Part shown: one piece after another, positions 50,401 through 64,000 of the stretch
Position numbering within the stretch: the first letter of the stretch is position 1
Layout: every line of letters begins with the position of its first letter
From: Phoronis australis
Taxonomy: Eukaryota > Animalia > Phoronida
Reading direction: 5' to 3'
Assembly: GCA_002633005.1 (NCBI GenBank)
Contig: NMRA01000755.1
Location: 62,001 to 126,000, forward strand
DNA length: 64,000 nt
The notes under the pieces: model-generated
What the model was told of the DNA's origin: nothing
What the model saw: only the letters and a program-made list of their open reading frames with translations
Database searches by the model: none
Program-made: the position numbers and the translations under genes

Positions 50401-52953
50401 TAGCAGTGATTTTAGTAATGCGCTCAAACGCAAGCACATCAAATGATTCGTGAAGTAGCCCTTTCTTGCCGAATTGTTTCACCGCAAGAAAGCAGCTGCA
50501 AAACAACAGCTCATAGCAGCAGAAGTAGTTATGAATATTTGTCAATAACCACTGTAGAAATATGCATCTGGAAAATCGGCTGGGGGATTATTTTGCTATG
50601 AATGTATTTTTCTTACACATTAAAATTTGACTTAGAAAACGCAGTCACATGACAGTAGTCACATGACAGTAGTCTTATGACAGTAGTCACATGACAGTAA
50701 TATGCAGTAATAAGGAGCATATTAATAGAATCCTCCATCTTTCTCCTTTCAGAAAATATGTACTTTTATTGGTTGACAAAGCATAGTTTTTTGATATTTG
50801 ACTTAGACTTTGATACTCACTGCTAAAAGGTTAATTTTGCTGGTGTTAGCATGAAAGCCTGTGGAACCCAATTCTAACATGGACACAGAACTCTTTCCGC
50901 ACCCTCGGAACACTTAGTCTCTCCACAAAACACTAATCGCGAGCTGGAAGACTCTTGCATTGACAAAGCATTTTTACCATCATGGAAGCTGACCTGCAAC
51001 CACATACAACATGCAACTGGCCTACAGCAAGAAGCCATCGTGTTTACTGAACATTTGTTTAAATGGGTTTTATCAAGTGAGCTCACAGTAGAGCTTCAAA
51101 TGAGTTTATTATAACAACTGGTTGTTAATGGTGATGAGTCCATTTACTTGCTGGAGTTTTCCTGAAGTTTGTAGTTGTCAGTGTTAGGATAAATAACAGA
51201 ACTGGGGGGGGGTTGTATAAAAGTTCTGTCAAGAATCCCTGTGTCACACTTTTGAACATTGCTTAGTAATGCGCATTACTGAACAAGGCTTTTGGCATTA
51301 TTAGATAGTCAACCTTAGTAGTTAACAATTGTATGCAACCCAGAACTGGAGAACTACTAGGTTTTTATGGGTAAAATAAAAAGTTGAATGGCATTTCTAA
51401 AATAAAAAATTCAAGAAAAAACAAAATTTTAAGCTTTGTTTATTCCACAATTTTCTTCTCTCCAGGCCGTAGAACTTCCATCAGAGTTCATTCATCTTTA
51501 TATCTCCAACTGTATCTCAACATGTGAAACCATCAAAGACCGCTACATGCAGAACAGATTAGTGCGGCTGGTCTGTGTCTTTCTACAGTCTCTCATCAGG
51601 AACAAGATCATCGACGTCAAGGTCAGTTGTAGTCTTGCTTCATCTTCTGTCTAGCATAAGAATGAAAATAATTACGAAGTTACGGAATGCTGTGCAATAT
51701 AAGCCACCTCCGTTTGTGCTACTCCCAAAGAGTATCTGATTCCATGAGGCCTGTTGTACACACACATGCATCAATTAATTTAAATATGGTGCCATCATGC
51801 TAAAACAAATTCAAGAAATGGATAACAAATTTCGAAAATTCATCTTACTTTCAAAATTTCCGACCAGTAACTTCAGTTGAGGATGGACGGAAAGTACTGA
51901 CAAATTACAAGCCAAATTCCGCGCACTTGTGAAACCGGCTTCAGCGAATGCCACAAATTTCCTAGATGCTTAAATCTGGGTTAGTTCATGATTGAGTGCG
52001 ACACCTCTAACAACATGGTTTTCCCAGGTGTATGAACAAGTTCAGTTTATTTCACATTACCGAACAGTACAAATCCTGGTCATAGTTAATGTGGACTTTC
52101 TTAACATCCATTTTTGTAAAGAGAAATTTGACATCTTCAAGTCGTTCATCATATCGTTTGTAAACAATTATGCCAAACATCATAATTGTAGTTCCATCCA
52201 ACTGATAGTTAGTTGTGTGGTTATTAAGTTATAAAAATACAGTGGAGGCTACTTAATATCATACCACATCTCTGATACTGTTACGTAATGAAATGCCATA
52301 AAAACGAAGCATTTCCCTTCAACCTATAATTATAACACTTCTCGCATAATGCCAGGATTTGTTTTCATATTTCCCGGTATCGTCATTAAGTCAACAAAAT
52401 CGATTCTCTCCCTCTTATTAGCATATGAACCTTAGGTTTTCTTTCTAAAAACCAGGCCCTTGGATTACATTCAATTCACTTTATCGGGAAACAGCAGAGG
52501 GGATAAAATTTTAGTCGTTTCTTGTTTTAGCCATCTTATTGTGAATAGTCCATTGCTCCGATACTCCTCACTTAGCATGATTGAATACAAGAGTGGTTAT
52601 GATTGCCGCCAAGTCAGAACTGGGTTAATGGAATATCCCACTTATTTTCATTATCGATGTCGAAACCGAGGATGACTTTAAGCGGGACCTCTTTGTTGCT
52701 GGTAAATGCCACTACATTTTTCTTCCAGGTTGATTGCAGATTACAATCTTGCAATGGTTTTTGTAGCACGGCGCGTAGATCTTGTGATCATGATGTTTAC
52801 TCTATAACATTGGGTCAACTTTTGTTTCAGGATATATTCATTGAAGTGCAAGCGTTCTGTATAGAGTTCAGCAGAATTCGAGAAGCAGCAGGACTATTTA
52901 GGTTGCTTAAGACACTGGACAATGGAGACCCGACCCCACAGGGCTCCAAGTGA
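35374..52953 (+). CDS. CNOT11: CCR4-NOT complex subunit 11; 12 exons, ~454 aa
   Basis: Exons 35374-35411, 37553-37658, 38834-38968, 40355-40474, 41325-41378, 42466-42581, 44428-44581, 46006-46218, 47121-47200, 48018-48087, 49598-49753 and 52831-52953. Exons 10-11 are repeated at 49928-49997 and 51466-51621. All introns are GT-AG and phases are consistent (1365 nt). The protein follows CNOT11 throughout: [13 protein letters not shown]..., [102 protein letters not shown]. Confidence 0.96.
35935..36302 (-). mobile_element. 5'-truncated non-LTR retrotransposon (CR1/L2-like) 3' end, in CNOT11 intron 1
   Basis: The minus strand reads [17 protein letters not shown] / [20 protein letters not shown], the W-N-x-L-P C-terminal motif of CR1/L2-group ORF2. 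It is followed by AATAAA and a (TTA)n tail at ~35935-35970. Confidence 0.7.
37553..37658 (+). CDS. CNOT11: CNOT11 exon 2
   Basis: [35 protein letters not shown]. Confidence 0.9.
37771..37890 (+). mobile_element. tRNA-derived SINE head (degenerate)
   Basis: A-box-like gtggcctagttcg and B-box-like gcttcgagtcc at tRNA-like spacing. No intact cloverleaf. Confidence 0.45.
38834..38968 (+). CDS. CNOT11: CNOT11 exon 3
   Basis: [45 protein letters not shown]. Confidence 0.93.
39381..39530. mobile_element. Small element bounded by a perfect 14-bp inverted repeat, with an internal B-box-like motif
   Basis: gccacctattggcc (39381-39394) and ggccaataggtggc (39517-39530); internal ggttcgagttc. Confidence 0.5.
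40355..40474 (+). CDS. CNOT11: CNOT11 exon 4
   Basis: [40 protein letters not shown]. Confidence 0.88.
41325..41378 (+). CDS. CNOT11: CNOT11 exon 5
   Basis: [18 protein letters not shown]. Confidence 0.9.
42466..42581 (+). CDS. CNOT11: CNOT11 exon 6
   Basis: [38 protein letters not shown]. Confidence 0.88.
44428..44581 (+). CDS. CNOT11: CNOT11 exon 7
   Basis: [51 protein letters not shown]. Confidence 0.9.
44656..44910. mobile_element. Fold-back element / MITE with ~50-bp imperfect inverted repeats
   Basis: ttcattgaagatacgacagtactttttgtttgacagctcaatacaga pairs with tctgtattaggctgtcaaacaaaaagtgcagtcatgtcttcaatgaa. Confidence 0.7.
45652..45722. repeat. 32-bp tandem duplication
   Basis: ctgaccaatcagacgctatggaaagttgaacc x2 plus a partial third copy. 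Confidence 0.9.
46006..46218 (+). CDS. CNOT11: CNOT11 exon 8
   Basis: [11 protein letters not shown]...[21 protein letters not shown]. Confidence 0.95.
47121..47200 (+). CDS. CNOT11: CNOT11 exon 9
   Basis: [26 protein letters not shown]. Confidence 0.95.
48018..48087 (+). CDS. CNOT11: CNOT11 exon 10 (copy 1)
   Basis: [23 protein letters not shown]. Confidence 0.93.
48720..48805. repeat. 14-bp tandem repeat agtcacatgacagt (x6 here; x4 at ~50642-50699)
   Basis: Visible directly; copy number differs between the two duplicate copies. Confidence 0.9.
49598..49753 (+). CDS. CNOT11: CNOT11 exon 11 (copy 1)
   Basis: [52 protein letters not shown]. Confidence 0.93.
49928..49997 (+). CDS. CNOT11: CNOT11 exon 10 (copy 2, likely alternate haplotype)
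   Basis: Same peptide as 48018-48087 with one synonymous change (GTC/GTT). Begins just after the N at 49909. Confidence 0.7.
51466..51621 (+). CDS. CNOT11: CNOT11 exon 11 (copy 2, likely alternate haplotype)
   Basis: Identical to 49598-49753. Confidence 0.7.
52831..52953 (+). CDS. CNOT11: CNOT11 last exon
   Basis: [40 protein letters not shown]. Confidence 0.95.
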   Translation, partial: DIFIEVQAFCIEFSRIREAAGLFRLLKTLDNGDPTPQGSK

Positions 52954-53685
52954 TCCTGAGTATTGTAACATGAAGATTTGGCAAGAATCAGATGGCGAAC
53001 AACTGCATACTTATTGTAGTTCTCTCGACAACTAATCTACAGATGCCTTTGGGCAGAGTTCAAATTTGGTTGAGAAAGTCAAGCACCCACAATCCTCATG
53101 GCACTGGAAACTGCCACCTTTGGGTGAAGTGGAGGATCAGCAGGAAGTAAAATGAAATGTTGTCAAGACGATGAAGACATGCTTTCTGTTTCCTGGAAGT
53201 GGAGGACATCTTGAAGAACTTCGCCAACCATGTGCTCCCTATGGACACACAAATAACGAGGACTTTGCGGCCATCACAATAAAATTGCATCATTGTCATT
53301 GAAATCTGTTCCTATTTGAATCCATAACATTTTGAATTATCGTAATAACGTAGTATTTTGTAACTGCGTTAGTCTCACAAGAATGGAAGTTGAAATTTAT
53401 TTTATACTCAGAGACATATAACAAAAATGTTGTTGAGTGTCTGAAGCACTCTGGTGCTTTTACAGCAACTACTGAAGTTCAAAATGTCAACAATAGGTGT
53501 CACCCTTTTGTGTGGTTCATGACATACTGTAAGTAATGTAGGTTGCCTGTCATAACACTGTCAGTAATGGCAGAGAAAGTGAATCCATACAACTGTTCTT
53601 CATAAACATTTCATTTAATTTAAACAACATCAAGGATGACATAAGGCTTGCAATCAGGATATTTCAATGACATCTTTTATCAGTA

Positions 53686-53784
53686 AGTCACTTACAGGAG
53701 TCCCATAATTTGAGAACCAGTTTTCTCCCCTGAATAATGGGCACCAAACTGGTTCTCAAAATGTGGCACCCCTGCTAAGTGACT
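53686..53784. repeat. Near-perfect ~100-nt hairpin (mini-MITE); partial copy at ~40497-40550
   Basis: agtcacttacaggagtcccataatttgagaaccagttt ... aaactggttctcaaaatgtggcacccctgctaagtgact. Confidence 0.75.
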
Positions 53785-54159
53785 GTTGCCCTTTTGTTAA
53801 TTACAATGCTCGACAGTTCCGCTCAGTTTCACAAGCTCATACAATGATCTAAATTCGCTAAAAATGTTAACTTTGTCATTTACAGTAAGTTATTCATGCC
53901 TTAAAAACACATTGAAATAAAATAACTGTTAATAACAAAGAGATAACACGTGATATTTTTCATGAAACTCTAAAAACTCTCCCATTGGCTGTTACATCCA
54001 ACTCCAGGCATGGTGCGTGCACTAAACTCAACAAGTCAGCTGCTAACTCTGAAGATTTCCATTCAAGTCGAGACGTTTAATGTTGCATTCCAAACTGCTT
54101 GTGAATAAGATGTACATATATATATATTTATATAAATACTATACAGTCCTAAGAGTGTC

Positions 54160-58640
<4,481 letters not shown>

Positions 58641-58921
58641 CTTGTTGCCGGAAGTGAAGGAAAGGAAGTGGATTTGAATACTCCCACTAAAAGCTCCATT
58701 CGATCTAATGGTCTTTTACACTGTACGGTCTCCAGTTCCACTATTTACACTTTTTTCTTTTCCTCTAGCTGCTAAATTGCACCAAGAAAATGTAAATATT
58801 TTTACTACAAACCATTTACGTTATGCGCACCTGTATGTTCTCAGCGGCAATTTAGGACATTCGACCATGAATGTAAACAAACGGTTATCAAAGGCAGTGG
58901 GGCCTATCTCTGCAATACATC
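58641..58921. promoter_or_regulatory. Probable bidirectional promoter between UFM1 and the divergent gene
   Basis: Start codons are ~280 bp apart, head to head. ETS-type CCGGAAGT at 58648-58655 and a second GGAAGT at ~58665. Confidence 0.55.
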
Positions 58922-59093
58922 ATGGCGAAAAGGGGGTGGCGGTCGCTTCTTGCGACTTGCGTATATCTACTTGTGTTCTGGTTTTGTTTATCACCGTCAA
59001 ATTGTAGTATACATGAAAATTCACACATCGAAACAGAAACAGACCATCATGTGGATTTACTGGAGGAGGTTTTTGCTTCCGAAGAATTTGAAG
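58922..59093 (+). CDS. First coding exon of an unidentified secreted or membrane protein (signal peptide); downstream exons not identified in the window
   Basis: Kozak-like atcATGG. MAKRGWRSLLATCVYLLVFWFCLSPSNCS has a basic n-region, a hydrophobic core and a small-residue cleavage region, followed by an acidic/His-rich segment. Strong donor AG|GTAAGG at 59094 (phase 1). Confidence 0.6.
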
Positions 59094-59514
59094 GTAAGGC
59101 AGTCCCGACGTCTCACCGTGAGGTTGACAAGACAGTGCTTGTCCGATGGGCAGGTGGACCGTGTAGTCGCCCGGTATAGGAAACTGAGTTGTTGTACCGG
59201 TACATTCGCAACTATAACTCCAATGTATGCGGCTTTAGGCTAGTTACTGAGTAGTTTTTGGTTCAGCGCATGGACCTAAATCCGCCGCTGACGGCCGGGA
59301 TGAAACGCAACTGAAGTACTGGTGCTCATTGGTTTTAGTTACATGTCAGGAATGTGTTGACGGTCTATGCGGTTCCTTTCGTTTCAGTTGTTCTCACCGT
59401 CGGTACTATTATAATTCTTACTCGAATGCCTTCATGCTAAGTAGGCTAGCAGTTAGATAAAATGAATTTAGTTTAATGTACCGGTACTTAAAAACGGCAC
59501 ATCGCGCTGATCCA

Positions 59515-62500
59515 ATATAAACACTTGCATAACCAAATTATATTTTCCTTACAAGCTCTCACACTCCCATCTATCGTATTGCTCAATCAGTATAATAGCG
59601 ATATTCCGCCGGAAACCTAGAAATCTGTCTACGAGACCAGCATCACACGATTTAGTTCTGACTTTTCATGACGTCAATCAACTGCTCCTCAGTGAAATTT
59701 TTAATTTTCTCCGCTCATCTATATACAAAAATTCTATGTAATCTTATTCTTTCATATCACTCCAAAACACTTTTTGCTTTGTGTTAAACATTTATATTTC
59801 AGTGTCAAATTTCAAAGTTTATACCTGCTGCCTTGAAAATATTGCTACTCCATATTCGTTCGTGGCCAAATTTCTAGTTTAATTGTTTCAAAATGTTTCT
59901 CACTTACTTCTCATCATGTTTGCTGAAATACCAAACTAAACATTACCTGCAAGCAAGCAATAAACACATTTTGTCGTCGCGTAGTCCCCAATTGCAGCTT
60001 ATTTGCTGGTTAAAAATGAAATTAGTTTTACATCAGCAGTTTGTTTGAATATTTCAAAGTTAAGGTTATCATGACCTTACTTAACAAGTGTCTGCACATC
60101 ACTGGGTTGTTCAAATATCTACAATTGTTGAATTAAAAAAAGTAAAAGTTTTTATTTTCTGAAAGTAGAATGCCCTTAGAACTTCGATTTTTGACTTCAC
60201 ACAAATCTACCATTAATGGAGTTACGTGATCTTGTCATCTTTTAGTAAAATTTAGGAAAAACGAAGGATAGTATTCCTATGACTAAACAAACTACCAATA
60301 ACATTACGAAATTTTGTTTGATACAATATTTTTTAACATGAAAGCCCGAAAACATTTTTTAATAATCACTTTGTTTTTATTTGAACACCAACTTTTGAAT
60401 TTTTCGTAAAAACATGCAAATCCTACCTTCTGATAGTCCTCTTGCAAAAGTAAGCATCTTTAAAGACAATTGCTACCAGAGTTTTGAGTCACCCTTGTGA
60501 CTAGTGCCGGCTGCCTCGCTCGAAGTAAACGAATGTATCCCGTTGATAAGACACAGTATAGCCTGGTGTACTACATGTATTATGGGATGTGGCAATACGC
60601 AATAATTTGGATATTGTACAATGTAGTTGCTGACAGTAAAATACAACAGGGACATTTGTTCCGTACGGTCTGAAACAGAATCAATCATGAAATATGCGGA
60701 TTATCGCAAACAAATTGATCCCAAAACTTTCCATTGGCCTGCCAGTGATAACAGTGAGTTCGTATCCGTCAAAAGGAATTGAAAGGCAACCTGCTGACCA
60801 GAAGAAGACCAAAATTGAAGGAATATTATCGGTTTCGGGGCTGTAAACGTATTTTTTGGGATCAATCCATGGGTAGACTTCTCGAAGTAATTAGCTCTCG
60901 CCAGAGCTGTAAACCAACATATTCCGTGACGTTTTTGTGCTTTTATTACAAATCGCCAACTATTGCTGTTGTGTGGTTGACATTCGCTAAAATCAAGACC
61001 GCAGCGACTTTTCCAGTTAACTGCGCTTAAAATACTCTCATTAGCGAGAGGGACTACTATACATTTGCTTTTGTCAAAGGTTTCATTGCAACCGCGGTGG
61101 TTGTCGATACTGACCTTAGAAATTCACCTTTTCTCACCGATAATGCACTTTTAAAAAATTTGGTCAAACGTGTTATACTACGATCTTACTGCATTTTTTG
61201 TTCTTGTTAAGAATTGAGGTTTTCTATCGTGGTTTGACACATGGGAAATTATGTAATCCGGTGTGTTGCACGCAGAGCACATTTTTTAAAAATCAAGCTG
61301 TCGATTCATGTAGGTAACTACACTGTGAAAAGTCCGCTGTTGTGCTACTATCCACGGCTAGATTTACTCATTACCGAAACTTTCTCTTCACTCAATAAAC
61401 GAAAAGTTGTTACGTTCACTCGGCGAAAAATATATTGTACTGTAGTGCATGTATGGTTCTCTATTTTAGAACAAAAATGACGCGAGCGTTTTTCATCTCA
61501 GTGCTAAAGCGAGTTGTTTTTGCTCTGTTCTATCGTTTTGATGGTCATTGAAGGACAGCTTGGGATCCTTAAAAAATTCAGCTGGCACTCGTTCTTTAGA
61601 CAATTTCCAACGTCTCCAAAAAATCTGTCAAAGTTTGCTCATGACTTGCACTTTTTAGAGACAGACAGACAAACAAACCAATCAACGGTACCAACTGGAA
61701 ACAATGTATACATTAGAAGGCGGAGGTAGCGGCTACGCGCCGTTGCAGTGAACTATGACTACAGTTATCTTGTCACTTGGTCTTATCACCTTCCGATGTT
61801 CCGTACCACCCCAGAGGCTCACACCGTATACACACACATTCACTCGTCTATGATTACTGCCCATTATCAGTCCAAAATACACAAATACAGCGTTCATATA
61901 TCTTCACACCTCGCTTCTCCTCTAGTCTGCACTGAAAGTGACCTTACGGTCAAAGTTTAATTCCTACCCCGGCATGAGGCTAGATACGTATACGCCTCTA
62001 TTTTGCTTTTCAAATTTTATGATATTTCCGTGTTGATATTATATAGATATAACAAATGTTTTAGCTTTCCGCACAGCAATACCATGCCTGGAGCTCAGTT
62101 CGTCAGTTTTTACAAGCTTGAACATGTAGACTATCCCAATAACAGTCTTGATTGTATTTTTATGAAGCACGCTCATTTTCTACAAGCAGCAGCGTTCCTT
62201 TCTCACGAAAAAGTGCTCGTGTGAAAATACATGTAAGACGTAACTAATACCTGTAATTGACTGTCCGTGGATTTTCAGGTACATATACTCAAAAACGTAT
62301 TTTAGTTATGAAAATTACGCTCCAATTCATTTGTAAACTCAAATGGTTAGTACACTGTAAGACTGGAATGTTGTATTCTGAGTTGAAACATAGCAAAATA
62401 AAACTTTATTTCCATCCACTCTGTTTCCTGAACTATCAATAATAGATCAATAAATCAAGTGAAGCATGTCTTCGTGCTAACTCCGTTTGCAAAAGTTTCC

Positions 62501-63012
62501 AAAAAGTAATAGAGCTCACATCAGCTTTTTTAAATCTGCTTTAAATTCTACTATAATTGTTATAACAATACCATTTCCGTAACATGAATTTAGTTACATG
62601 AAAATGTACTTGTAAACGATACATCCTGCTGTTCCTATATTAACACTTGCATAACCAAATTTCAGTTTCCTTGTGAGCTTTCACTCTTCCATCTCGTTTT
62701 ATGGCTCCGTCATTACTTATTAGCGATCTGTTGTTATAGACCCTAGTCAGACTCTGTCGACCACATAAGTAGCAAAATTGACAGCATTTCACGATTTTTA
62801 AAAATTTATTCTCATAACTTTCCGAATGACGTCAATAAAACACTCCCGAGTGAACTTGCCAACTTTCTCCATAGTAGCTTATCTCAATACCAAAGTACAA
62901 CGTACTCTTATTCATATCAATCTTAAGACATATCTTTCTTTTGTCTAATTGTCTCTAGACGTGTAAATATTGACCGTTTACGTTTCAGTGTCCATTTTCA
63001 AACTAGTTTATA
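59515..63012. repeat. Two diverged direct copies of a ~300-380 bp dispersed repeat (~59515-59825 and ~62635-63012)
   Basis: Shared blocks aacacttgcataaccaaatt, tgacgtcaat, cttattc and tttcagtgtc...tttcaaa appear in the same order in both. Confidence 0.65.
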
Positions 63013-64000
63013 GAATTGAATTTCGATGTCTACCATTCCGTGAAGAACACCGCTCAAAATTACAAGAAAAATAACTTTGTTCACATGGATAAAAGACTAT
63101 TGTCACGTTAAAAGAACACCATTTAGGAAGACCCGTTGACTAGATTAACTTGCATTGTAGCTTTTAACGAAAATGACACTGATAGACTATATTTGATTGT
63201 AATCTTCCAAACAGTGAACTTCGAATGAACACACAGTAGTTATTACCCTAGGAAGTCATTAGTCACGGATGATGTCATAATTAGAGTGTGTAGGTGTTAA
63301 AATTTATGAATTACGCCACTTTACGGTATTGTCTGGGTCAAACAAGGTGTGCTGTCCTGTGTAAATGAGTTCTGGCACAGGTGTTATGATGTGGATGTGC
63401 AAAGCTAATATTCAAGTTTGTCAAGCAAATCAGGATTTGATGGGAACGCGTTTTAAGAACTAGTTAAGCGTTTGCTCGAATCAGGTGAGTTCAATCTGCA
63501 ATGATGATCAATGAAGATAGACACAATGATATTGCCACAGAAAGAAGAGTTCGCTGATGTTGTACTGTGAAGTGGTTAAAAAAACACCATGCCTTTGTTG
63601 AAATGCCCTGTGTATGCAAACATCCCCTGAGATATTTACGTAAATAATAAAAAATGTTAAGTCTTAAAAGTAGTATGCGTATTGTTATTTTTCAAACTTT
63701 GTAATTTAAAAAGATCTAAATATTAATCAGAGGCAGAAAAGAATGGAAAGACCATATTAGGTAACTTTTATCTTGGAAATCGCTCATTTACAATACTATA
63801 CGGTTTCCAGTGGGCCTGCAGGTCTTTTGCAAAAACATATCGGAATTAATGTATTGGAAATTTTTGGATAGAATTGTCAAATTTAAAGCTTTAAATTCAA
63901 CGTTGCTATACTTAGGTGGTATTTCAATCCTATTTACGGCTTACATGTAAATCGCACAATGGGTAAAATGGTCTCAAAAATTCCCTAGTCATGATCGAAA

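Larger units (their letters stand above)
48000..51777. repeat. ~1.9 kb tandem duplication (48000-49908 and 49910-51777) joined by a single N; includes CNOT11 exons 10-11
   Basis: Both copies start tgttgtcttacattgcag and end cacacatgcatcaatt, with the junction at n49909. Confidence 0.9.

Overview
AT-rich, intron-containing invertebrate animal DNA. The species cannot be determined from the sequence alone. Reading splice sites by hand gives five genes. (1) The 3' end of a gene with an F-type-lectin-like C-terminal strand followed by five ShKT domains (+, to 3023). (2) The ParaHox homeobox gene Gsx (+, 12730-14760), followed by about 19 kb with no recognisable coding gene. I found no Xlox or Cdx in the window. 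(3) A complete 12-exon CNOT11 (+, 35374-52953). (4) A complete 5-exon UFM1 (-, 58640-54160), whose ATG is split by a probable GC-AG intron. (5) The first exon of a divergent gene for a secreted or membrane protein (+, from 58922). Two ~2 kb tandem duplications meet at N gaps and are most likely uncollapsed haplotypes. Several MITE families, tRNA-derived SINE heads and a LINE 3' remnant are present. The main unexplained signal is a GC-rich, multi-stem region with good minus-strand splice sites directly upstream of CNOT11 (~34490-35170). It is a candidate divergent structured ncRNA or micro-peptide gene with some telomerase-RNA-like features, and this remains speculative.
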